In this document: in pieces, positions 7,917 to 15,639 of the stretch
Layout of the letters: every line of letters begins with the position of its first letter
Numbering within the stretch: position 1 is the stretch's first letter
Assembly (NCBI GenBank): GCA_943368975.1
Contig: CALRLZ020000014.1
Location: 54,987-78,986, forward strand
DNA: 24,000 nucleotides
From: Archangium gephyra
GTDB taxonomy: Bacteria; Pseudomonadota; Alphaproteobacteria; Rhizobiales; Phreatobacteraceae
Reading direction: 5' to 3'
The notes under the pieces: generated by a model
Seen by the model: the letters and a program-made list of their open reading frames with translations, nothing else
Database searches by the model: none
Told to the model about the DNA's origin: nothing
Position numbers and translations under genes: made by a program

Positions 7917-9242
7917 CTAGCGCAGGGCAAAACACTCCGCCAACATTTGGTGATCGGCGACTCCCGCCGCACGCAGCTTGCGGATCATGTCGTCGGTCAT
8001 CTCTGGTGGCCCGCACAACAGGACGCGAGGGGAACGCCCCGGAACCACATGGCGGCCGGGCTCCAGACGTCCAGCGCTGCCGCTGACGTGCAATGTGAAG
8101 CGTCCGCCGGGGATGGCGCCGATTGCGCGTTCGACTTCCTCTCGATAGACGGCATCCGCTTCGGCGCGAACCGACCAGATGAGATGCACGTCCCGCAGGC
8201 GCGACGTCTCGGTGCTCTGCAGCATCGCGAGAAAGGGGGTGATTCCTATGCCCCCTGCTATCCACAGCTGGGCACCATCGCCGCCGAGAGCATCGCTACC
8301 GAACCGGCCATAGGGACCGTAGAGCGTGACCGGCGTTCCCGGGCTCCGGCCGGCGAGGCCGCGGGTGAAGGCTCCGCGAACTTGCGCCGACAGGCGTATG
8401 CCACCCCGGCCGTCAAATCCCGAAACGGAGAACGGATGGCGGGAACCGTCATAGCCGAGCAGCACGAACTGGCCGGGAAGCGGCTTGAAGGGATGGTCCG
8501 GTGACAGAACAATCTCTCGGATCTTGCCCATCGTGCGGGCCTTCGAGATCGTCGCCCCGACACCGCGCTTCGGCAGAAGGACGACACTGTCGAACCAGGC
8601 GACGATGCCGATGAGCAGGATCAGAACCATGTACCAGTCGACCTGCAGGACGATCGCGTGGAGAATGCCGCCGACGAAAGGCACGATCATGAAGCGGTGT
8701 GACGAGAGCCAGCGGCCATAGGGCACGGTGATCCAGATCGTCACGGCGACCAGGGCAAGCGTTCCGAAGGTGCCAACGAGCCCAAGCGTGTAGCCCCAGT
8801 CGCGCCCGGGAACCAGATATCGGGCGACGAGGTCCCCATCCGGAATGGCTTGAAGCACCACGATCCCGGTATGCAGCAGGACAAAGAGCAATACCGTGCG
8901 ACCAACAAAGCCGTGCAGAGCGTAGACAAGGTCAGCGCCGCCGACGACCCGCTCGACCCATTGTCTGCGGGTCGCGAGGACAAAATTCAGGGCGAAGAGG
9001 ATGGCAGCGTAGAAGCCGAGCGAGGTTCCCGCTTCGTATAGCGGGTCGTCGGCGGAGCCCGGCTTGGGGGTTATTGTCGCGTCTATGCGCAGCGCGACCG
9101 CCGCGACGGTTTCCAGGAGCGAGAGCGCGACGGCGAACAGGGCCAGCCCGCCGACCCCGAGGCCAACTGCGCCCTGGCCTCGCAGGTTTCCCGGCAGGAC
9201 TGAAGTCCATCTCTGCAGAACGCGGTTTGAATGGACAGGCAT
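7917..9242 (-). CDS. NOX/ferric-reductase-superfamily flavocytochrome: 6-TM bis-haem domain fused to an FAD/NAD(P)H dehydrogenase domain, 441 aa
   Basis: GGGAG SD about 10 nt upstream of ATG 9242. His110/His124 in LVYALHGFVGRTVLLFVLLHTG and His182/His195 in SHRFMIVPFVGGILHA. RHPFSVSG (FAD), WIAGGIGITPFLAM (NAD(P)H) and LLCGPPEM (FNR-type C-terminus). Confidence 0.85.
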   Translation of the reverse strand: MPVHSNRVLQRWTSVLPGNLRGQGAVGLGVGGLALFAVALSLLETVAAVALRIDATITPKPGSADDPLYEAGTSLGFYAAILFALNFVLATRRQWVERVVGGADLVYALHGFVGRTVLLFVLLHTGIVVLQAIPDGDLVARYLVPGRDWGYTLGLVGTFGTLALVAVTIWITVPYGRWLSSHRFMIVPFVGGILHAIVLQVDWYMVLILLIGIVAWFDSVVLLPKRGVGATISKARTMGKIREIVLSPDHPFKPLPGQFVLLGYDGSRHPFSVSGFDGRGGIRLSAQVRGAFTRGLAGRSPGTPVTLYGPYGRFGSDALGGDGAQLWIAGGIGITPFLAMLQSTETSRLRDVHLIWSVRAEADAVYREEVERAIGAIPGGRFTLHVSGSAGRLEPGRHVVPGRSPRVLLCGPPEMTDDMIRKLRAAGVADHQMLAECFALR

Positions 9243-9306
9243 GCTTGGCTCCCGGCGTGACGGGAGACATATGGCGATTCCAGCGGACTCGCGGCTATCG
9301 TGAACG

Positions 9307-9936
9307 CTACCGACCGCTTCCCGTAGGACTACGGAGCCTTTCCGCGCGCCCGAGCCATAGCCTCGTCATGTCGGCGACGGCTGTGGTGCCTAGCTTGGAT
9401 CCGAGGGCGGCACGGTGACTCTCGACAGTCCGCGGCGAAATCGCCAGGACGCGGGCGATTTCTTTCGTCGCCAGCCCCTTCGCGATCAGTTCCAGGACCT
9501 CTTCTTCCCGCGTCGTCAGCGATGCCAGCATCCGGTCCGATGCGACCTGCTCGCCACGTCGGCCGAGGTCGGCGTCGAGGGCTTGCTGCGCGAGGCGGAT
9601 GGCATCGATCAGGTCGCGTTCATCGACCGGTTTCGTCAGAAAATCGACCGCACCGGCCCGGAACGCCTCGCGACAGGCGTCGATGTCGCCATGGCCGGAG
9701 ATCATGATGACCGGCCATGTCATATTCCTGACCTTGAGTTCGCGCTGCAGCGCGAGACCCGACATCACCGGCATCCGCAGATCGAGGACGATGATTCCGG
9801 GCTGAAGGCTATCGATCTTTGCAATGAAGGAGACGGGGCCGTCGAAATCGCGCACCGCCATTCCCAGTGTGGACAGCAGCAGGACAATCGCCGTGCGGAC
9901 GTCGGCATCATCGTCGATGAGATAGATTTCGGTCAT
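9307..9936 (-). CDS. FixJ/NarL(LuxR)-family response regulator (REC + LuxR HTH), 209 aa
   Basis: LIDDDADVR, IVLDLRMP (phospho-Asp) and FLTKP. C-terminal LTTREEEVLELIAKGLATKEIARVLAISPRTVESHR. The start ATG overlaps the kinase stop (ATGA at 9933-9936). Confidence 0.92.
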   Translation of the reverse strand: MTEIYLIDDDADVRTAIVLLLSTLGMAVRDFDGPVSFIAKIDSLQPGIIVLDLRMPVMSGLALQRELKVRNMTWPVIMISGHGDIDACREAFRAGAVDFLTKPVDERDLIDAIRLAQQALDADLGRRGEQVASDRMLASLTTREEEVLELIAKGLATKEIARVLAISPRTVESHRAALGSKLGTTAVADMTRLWLGRAERLRSPTGSGR

Positions 9937-11303
9937 GGAATGGCCTCGTCGGACAGGCGTGGCAAAACCACCCGAAAGGTCGTTTCAGCCTCTTCACCGA
10001 GCATCAGTTGGCCCTGCATGCGTTCGACCAGGCGTTGGCACAAGGCCAGTCCAAGGCCGGTACCATCGGCTTTCGTCGTCACAAAAGGCTCGAAAAGACG
10101 ATCGCGGACCATGGGATCGATCCCGGACCCATTGTCGGAGACGACGATCATCGCTCGGTCACCCTCCGCACCGGTGGACACGGTTATGCGCCCGCCCGTC
10201 AACGGAACGGCATCCATGGCATTGCGCACGAGGTTGAAGACCACCTGTTGCAACTGCACGTCATCCGCCCTCACCCAGATCGGTGCGGAGCGATGATCCT
10301 GATGGAACCGGCATTGCCGACGGGCGAGTTCGCTGCGCATCAGGTCCTCGACGCTGTTGACCACGACGTCGAGGGCAACGCGGCCTGGCTGTTCGACACC
10401 GGGCCTGACCCATGTCCGGAATTTGGCGAGGATGGCCGCAGCTCTCTTCGTCTGGACGACGGTTTCGTCGAGGGCTTGCGCGACCTCCCCGGTCTTGCCC
10501 TGATCGAGGAGCCTTCGGCCGGCCTGAACACGGCTGAGAACCGCGGTGAGGGGCTGAGTGAGTTCATGGGCGATGCCGCTCGCCATTTCGCCCAGTCCGT
10601 TGATCCGGGACGCCCGCTCCAGCCGCGCCTGGTGTTCGCCCAGCATCGCTCGCCGCTCGGCGGCTGCTGCGCGGCGCCTCTGGCGCACGACAGAGACGAC
10701 CAAACCATAGAGCAGGAGGGCCAGCATGCCGGCACCGAGGCTCGGCAGCACGGGGATCGTTGAACTCAGAGCGGGACGGAACGTACCGGAGATGACAAAA
10801 GGCTGGGTGCGGCTGCGCAAGGGAATTCGAAGCCAGGGCCGTTCCACCGGAACACCAGCCAGCGTCACGCCGTCACCAGTCGTGAGATGGACACCGAGTT
10901 CCGGCGAGATGCCGAGGAGCAGGCCTTCCGACTGGATCGTCAGGACGACGGCAAGGCCGGCATCGACCTTTGCGGCAAGGACATAAACGCCAGGTCCGGA
11001 GAGGCCGGGCCCGGGCCTCTCATCCGACCGCAGGTCCACGCCGATGATGCGCGGACTGGTTTGCCTGATGGTGTCGGCGAGCAGGGCGAAGGCCGCGGAA
11101 TCACCGGCACGAGCGATCGCGGTGAGAATCGCCAGATGGGCGTCGTGTTGCTCGGCGCGCATCGAGGCCAGCATCCGGGCCTCCATCATTTGTGCCTCGA
11201 ACCGCTCGTAGGCATTGGACAGGCTGATGAACCCGACCACCAAAGCCCCCGCGGCGAAGGCCATCGCCGCACCCACCCATCGCGCCAAGTCGGTCGCAGA
11301 CAT
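9933..11303 (-). CDS. Sensor histidine kinase (2 TM, periplasmic sensor, DHp + HATPase), 456 aa
   Basis: ORF 9933..12146 trimmed to ATG 11303 (MSATDLARWVGAAMAF...); ATG 11411 is an alternative start. H-box GEMASGIAHELTQPL, N-box VVFNLVRNAMDA, G1 DNGSGID, G2 GTGLGLALC. The upstream 281 codons of the track ORF are Arg/Pro/Ala-rich and overlap the neighbouring gene. Confidence 0.85.
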   Translation of the reverse strand: MSATDLARWVGAAMAFAAGALVVGFISLSNAYERFEAQMMEARMLASMRAEQHDAHLAILTAIARAGDSAAFALLADTIRQTSPRIIGVDLRSDERPGPGLSGPGVYVLAAKVDAGLAVVLTIQSEGLLLGISPELGVHLTTGDGVTLAGVPVERPWLRIPLRSRTQPFVISGTFRPALSSTIPVLPSLGAGMLALLLYGLVVSVVRQRRRAAAAERRAMLGEHQARLERASRINGLGEMASGIAHELTQPLTAVLSRVQAGRRLLDQGKTGEVAQALDETVVQTKRAAAILAKFRTWVRPGVEQPGRVALDVVVNSVEDLMRSELARRQCRFHQDHRSAPIWVRADDVQLQQVVFNLVRNAMDAVPLTGGRITVSTGAEGDRAMIVVSDNGSGIDPMVRDRLFEPFVTTKADGTGLGLALCQRLVERMQGQLMLGEEAETTFRVVLPRLSDEAIP

Positions 11304-11440
11304 TCCGATCTTCCAGGGCCCACATTGATCGTGTGCTACCACGTCCTTGTCGACGAGGCCCACCCATCCAGCCGTTGCCGGGGCCTCGGTCGGCAGCCGT
11401 GTACCCGCCATCTGGCTTGGTGCTGCCGCCCCGCCCGCCG

Positions 11441-12979
11441 CTAGTCCCTTCCGCCTCGCTCCTCGCACATGTAGCGGACCAGCAGTGCGTAGCTCTCCGC
11501 CGGCAGCCGGATCGCCGACCGGTCGGCGTCCCGCATCATCGCGCAGGACAGCGGCGCATAGGTTTCGGCCGGGCGATAGACCAGCGCCTGCGCCGGCTGC
11601 GGCAGGGCCAGCACCACCGAGAGGAAGGGGTCGGTCCAGTCCCAGCTCATGGTCCAGGCCCGGCCGGGGCGCTGAAGCCGCGCGGGCGCCGGGCGCGGGT
11701 CGCGCGACAGGATTTCGGCATAGGCCGGCACGGGCGCCGCCCGGCCAAGCGCGATGGCGCGGATCTCCTGCGCATAGGCGCGCCACGCCGCGAGGAAGTT
11801 CACGCCGTCCATGGCGTGGCAGGCGGTGGCGATCAGCATGGTCGCCAGGATCAGCGCCGGCGCGCGGCGCGCCCGCGCCGTCGCCCACCCGACGAGCCGC
11901 CGCACAGGGGCGGGCCGGCGCCCGTCGGGCAGCGACAGCACCGACAGCGTCAGAAGGAAGAGCGCGAGGCTGCCGAGCAGCAGCGTGCGGAAATTGTAGC
12001 GGCCGACCAGCAGGGTGTCGTGGCGGCCGACGAAGGCGAGTTCGGCCGCGACGAGGATGGCCGCCGCGGGGATCAGGGCGAGGCCGGCGAGAACCACGAT
12101 CCGGGCGACGGGCGGTTCCTCCGCCGCCTCCCGCCGCAGGAGCCACCAGACCGTCCCCACCCCGGTGAGGATCGCCACGCTCAGCGGCCGGATGATGCCG
12201 AACGGGTTGATGACGCCGATCATGTTGAGGAACAGCGCATCGCGGGTCGCGGCATGGACCGGCGGGACGAGGAGCCTGGTCGCCAGCCAGAGGGCCAGCA
12301 CGGCGAGGGCGGCGCCGACCACCACCGGCCCGGCGCGCCGGCGCAGGGCGAGCAGGCCGACCAGCAGCACCATGAGCCCCATCCCGCCCTCATGCGAGAA
12401 GGCGAGGGCGAGCATGAGCAGGCCGGCGGGAAGGGCGGCCGGCGCCCGGCTGACGCAGAGATAGGCGAAGAGCGGCCAGAACAGCGCATGGGTCACCAGC
12501 GTCTCGGAGGGGAAGAACACCGAGGCCGGCAGCACGACGATGGTCGACAGGGCGCAGAACAGCAGGATGCGCCGGTTGCCGGCGATCGCCCAGGTGGCGA
12601 GGAGGCCGGCGAGCGGCAGGAGGCCGAAGATCAGCCCGTAGAGGCGGATCGCGCCGGCGGGGTCGCCCACCCGCGCCCAGAGGAAGGGCGGCACCATGGT
12701 GACGAGGAAGGCGGCGGCGCGGGTCGGGATATTGGCGAAATGCGCCCCCCAGGGATCCCCCGTCAGGAAGGCGAAGGCGAAGAAGCCGCCATCGGCGAAG
12801 ATCTGCACGTCGGTGGCGAGATGGCCTGCGAGGATGGCGAGCGCGACGACGAGCGCGATCCACGGCGCGGCGCGCAGCAGCGGCGACGCCACCGGCGCGT
12901 TGATGTCGACCGCGAGGTCGGTTGCCCCGCCCTCGGGCGGCGCGGCGGGGCTGTGGTGGTCCATGGCGCTCGGGCGCAT
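11441..12979 (-). CDS. Polytopic (~12 TM) membrane protein of unknown function with a ~120-aa C-terminal soluble domain
   Basis: Very high third-position GC and serial hydrophobic helices, e.g. APWIALVVALAILAGHLA, LYGLIFGLLPLAGLLATWAIAG, MGLMVLLVGLLAL. I recognise no family motif. The start is uncertain (12979, 12964 or 13048) and none has a well-spaced SD. Confidence 0.65.
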   Translation of the reverse strand: MRPSAMDHHSPAAPPEGGATDLAVDINAPVASPLLRAAPWIALVVALAILAGHLATDVQIFADGGFFAFAFLTGDPWGAHFANIPTRAAAFLVTMVPPFLWARVGDPAGAIRLYGLIFGLLPLAGLLATWAIAGNRRILLFCALSTIVVLPASVFFPSETLVTHALFWPLFAYLCVSRAPAALPAGLLMLALAFSHEGGMGLMVLLVGLLALRRRAGPVVVGAALAVLALWLATRLLVPPVHAATRDALFLNMIGVINPFGIIRPLSVAILTGVGTVWWLLRREAAEEPPVARIVVLAGLALIPAAAILVAAELAFVGRHDTLLVGRYNFRTLLLGSLALFLLTLSVLSLPDGRRPAPVRRLVGWATARARRAPALILATMLIATACHAMDGVNFLAAWRAYAQEIRAIALGRAAPVPAYAEILSRDPRPAPARLQRPGRAWTMSWDWTDPFLSVVLALPQPAQALVYRPAETYAPLSCAMMRDADRSAIRLPAESYALLVRYMCEERGGRD

Positions 12980-13178
12980 CCCTCGAACAGGCGGGCAGGG
13001 CGGAGCGGTGTTCCTAACAGCTTGCCGGTCCCGGCCAAAGCGCGCCATGGCAGGGGAGGACTGTCAGGCACCGCCTCCACCGGGCCGACGGACACCTGCG
13101 TCACTCGCGCACTTCACATTCCAGAAATGCTATGCGACACGGCCCGGCGGCAGCGACCTTTCCAGCAGGACCCCGACC

Positions 13179-13901
13179 ATGACCAGGCTCTTCCAGTTCG
13201 GGCTCGACCACCCGGCCTATCCCGTCCGCGTCCTCAACGAGCGCGAGGCCCGCGCCGGCGCCGGCCTGCTTCTGCTGCTCGCCGGCACCGCCTTCCTGCA
13301 GGCCTGGTATCTCGGCGACTTCACCCTGACCCGCATCACCGTGGTCGCCTTCTTCATCGACTTCACCATCCGCGTCCTCATCAATCCCGCCTATGCCCCG
13401 AGCCTCGTCCTCGGCCGCATCTTCGTCCGCCACCAGAAGCCGGACTATGTCGGCGCGCCGCAGAAGCGCTTCGCCTGGAGCATCGGCCTCGCCATGGCGG
13501 TGCTGATGATGGGGCTGGTCGTCTATGCCGACATGCGCGGGCCGCTGATCCTCCTCGTCTGCCTGCTCTGCATCACCTTCCTCTTCTGCGAGACGGCCTT
13601 CGGCATCTGCATCGGCTGTTCCATCTACAACCTGTTCAACCGCGAGAAGGCGCAGCTCTGCCCCGGCGGCGCCTGCGAGATCCACCGGCCCGAGGAGGTC
13701 CAGCGCCTGGTGCCGGCCCAGTTCGCGGTTCTCGCCGCCGCCGTGCTCGTCATCGGCCTCGTCGCCTGGCAGATGCCGGCCTCGCAGGCGCGGGGCATGC
13801 GCGCCGCCACCGCCGCGGCCGAGGCCGAACGCTGCCGCGTCCCGGCCTTCGCCGTGGCGATCGGGCATGAGGAGCGCTGGAAGCGGCATAACGGGTGTTA
13901 G
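13179..13901 (+). CDS. DUF4395-like membrane protein with a Cys-rich C-terminal extension, 240 aa
   Basis: ORF 12696..13901 trimmed to ATG 13179, with AGGA 8 nt upstream. VRVLNEREARAGAG..., GAPQKRFAWSIGLAM and ETAFGICIGCSIYNLF match my recollection of the DUF4395 pattern. High GC3 continues to the stop codon. Confidence 0.72.
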   Translation: MTRLFQFGLDHPAYPVRVLNEREARAGAGLLLLLAGTAFLQAWYLGDFTLTRITVVAFFIDFTIRVLINPAYAPSLVLGRIFVRHQKPDYVGAPQKRFAWSIGLAMAVLMMGLVVYADMRGPLILLVCLLCITFLFCETAFGICIGCSIYNLFNREKAQLCPGGACEIHRPEEVQRLVPAQFAVLAAAVLVIGLVAWQMPASQARGMRAATAAAEAERCRVPAFAVAIGHEERWKRHNGC

Positions 13902-14104
13902 AAGGGGGAGGGCGCCCGGATAGCGGTGACGTTAACATGCCGGCGACCAACAACAGCACCGGCCACGAGAGAGGGCGCGAGATCGTGGCAGATCAAAAGC
14001 GATGAAGCATGGAGCACGGCTGTCGTGCCCTAGCCTATGCGCATTCCATACAGTGCGTCATGCGAATGGGGGTGGCCGCGATCAGGACTTTCGAACGACG
14101 AGGT

Positions 14105-14725
14105 CTATCGCTCCATCGCCCCTTTTCCGGCAATGATCTTGGGTCGCAGCTTCATGATGCGCGCTAAGCGCGTCGCAGTCGACTTGGTGGAGTTTAGATG
14201 GATTTCGTAGCTGCGTTGACGCCCGGGGGTCAGCGCATGGAATGCCTCGGCAAGCTCGGGATCGGCATCCATCGCCTCGGCTAGTTCAATCGGGATGTTT
14301 TTCTCACTGTTCTCTTTCGGCGGTTTGGTGCCAGCATCCGAATAGCCAATTGCCTCCGCCAAATAGGATAAAATCACTGGCTCCAGCTCGGCAACTTTCA
14401 AATTATCGGCAAATCGAATCACGTCAGGGTGACGCGTATTTGGCCCTTGTCTTTCGAGGATGCCGTTAGGGTCTTTCATCAATGCAGCGTTGAAAAACCC
14501 GATACGGAAATCGCCTCGCAGGGCACCAAGGATTACTATGTTGCGATTGCGGTGAGTATAGCAGGGCTGGCCCCACTTCACGTTCTCAACAAGTCCCGCC
14601 TTGATGCAAATTCGGCGCAGCTCGCGAATGCCGACAGCCCAACGCCGCGTTGAACAATCGGGGGTGGCGAATCGCTCGCAACGTCCGCAGCCCTTCGAGA
14701 GATAGTCCTCGATGTCGGTGATCAT
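14105..14725 (-). CDS. YdeI/OmpD-associated + DUF1801 (YdhG-like) family protein, 206 aa
   Basis: VKWGQPCYTHRNRNIVILGALRGDFRIGFF (DUF1801-like) and DADPELAEAFHALTPGRQRSYEIHLNSTKSTATRLARI (YdeI/OmdA-like). The start is ATG 14725 or 14758, and neither has a clear SD. The gene is about 50% GC (30/60 in line 14281-14340). Confidence 0.75.
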   Translation of the reverse strand: MITDIEDYLSKGCGRCERFATPDCSTRRWAVGIRELRRICIKAGLVENVKWGQPCYTHRNRNIVILGALRGDFRIGFFNAALMKDPNGILERQGPNTRHPDVIRFADNLKVAELEPVILSYLAEAIGYSDAGTKPPKENSEKNIPIELAEAMDADPELAEAFHALTPGRQRSYEIHLNSTKSTATRLARIMKLRPKIIAGKGAMER

Positions 14726-15045
14726 GGAGAACAGTATAGACCATTGTCGCCCGGCCATGGAACCGATGCCACTTCGATGGGACGCCCGCTACGACGGTGC
14801 AAAAAAATCAAGAATTTCGTACAAAGTCCCGCCCGTTGAGATCTCAGCGTTTTTCTGCGTGAAGAATCATGTGCGAAAAGGCGGAGTGACCGGCCACTAG
14901 TTTGTCGCCCAGTGGCGATGAGAGCCTCGGCGGTTTTGATCAGGTCACGTCTCAAGAATTGTCAACGGGGTCCTCACCACCCCCCAATTGACTCACCACC
15001 CCCATTCGTCGTCTCTCCCGTCGACCCCAGACGGACACCGGACCC

Positions 15046-15639
15046 ATGACCCCTGACGACGTGCTCGCCGAATTCCGCGCCGCGGGCGCCCTCCTGGAAG
15101 GCCATTTCATCCTGTCCTCGGGCAGGCGGAGCCCGGTCTTCCTGCAGAAGATGTTCGTCTTCATGGACCCCGAGCGCACGGCGCGGCTCTGCGCGGCGCT
15201 GGCCGTCAAGGTGAAGGCGCGGTTCGGCACCATCGACTATGTCGTCTCGCCCGCCGTCGGCGGCATCGTGCCGGGCTACGAGACCGCCCGCCAGCTCGGC
15301 GCCAAGGCCATCTTCGTCGAGCGCGAGAACGGCGAGTTCAAGCTGCGCCGCGGCTTCGAGATCCCGAAGGGCGCCCGCGTTCTGGTGGTCGAGGACATCG
15401 TCACCACCGGCCTCTCCACCCGCGAATGCCTCGCCGCCATTGCCGGCCATCCCGGCGAGACGGTCGGCGCGGCGGTGCTGGTCGACCGTTCCGGCGGCAA
15501 GGCCGATGTCGGCGTGCCGCTGGTCTCGCTGCTCTCCTGGTATGTGCCGGACTATGCCGCCGATGCCCTGCCGCCGGAACTGGCGGCCCTGCCGGCCGTC
15601 AAACCCGGCTCGCGCGGCATCCAGGGGGCGACATCGTGA
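15046..15639 (+). CDS. pyrE: Orotate phosphoribosyltransferase, 197 aa
   Basis: [17 protein letters not shown] ... PRPP loop [13 protein letters not shown]. Confidence 0.93.
   Translation: MTPDDVLAEFRAAGALLEGHFILSSGRRSPVFLQKMFVFMDPERTARLCAALAVKVKARFGTIDYVVSPAVGGIVPGYETARQLGAKAIFVERENGEFKLRRGFEIPKGARVLVVEDIVTTGLSTRECLAAIAGHPGETVGAAVLVDRSGGKADVGVPLVSLLSWYVPDYAADALPPELAALPAVKPGSRGIQGATS

Noticed and set aside
11304-12146. N-terminal 281-codon extension of the histidine-kinase ORF (track ORF 9933..12146)
   Set aside because: The extension is Arg/Pro/Ala-rich with no TM or domain features. It overlaps the 3' part of the upstream membrane-protein gene in another frame. The kinase's TM1 begins right after ATG 11303.
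11333-13870. 845-aa plus-strand ORF, the longest in the track
   Set aside because: The product is Arg/Gly/Pro/Asp/Glu-rich and low in complexity. It runs antisense to the hydrophobic ~12-TM gene and out of frame through the DUF4395 gene. This is a typical stop-free shadow frame in >70% GC DNA.
13937-14005. 22-codon ATG ORF (MPATNNSTGHERGREIVADQKR) in the flank of the low-GC islet
   Set aside because: It is too short and has no SD or other supporting feature. It cannot be distinguished from chance.
14722-14955. 77-aa minus-strand ORF in the low-GC flank
   Set aside because: It has a TTG start and no SD. It overlaps the 5' end of the YdeI-like gene. Its sequence is not protein-like.
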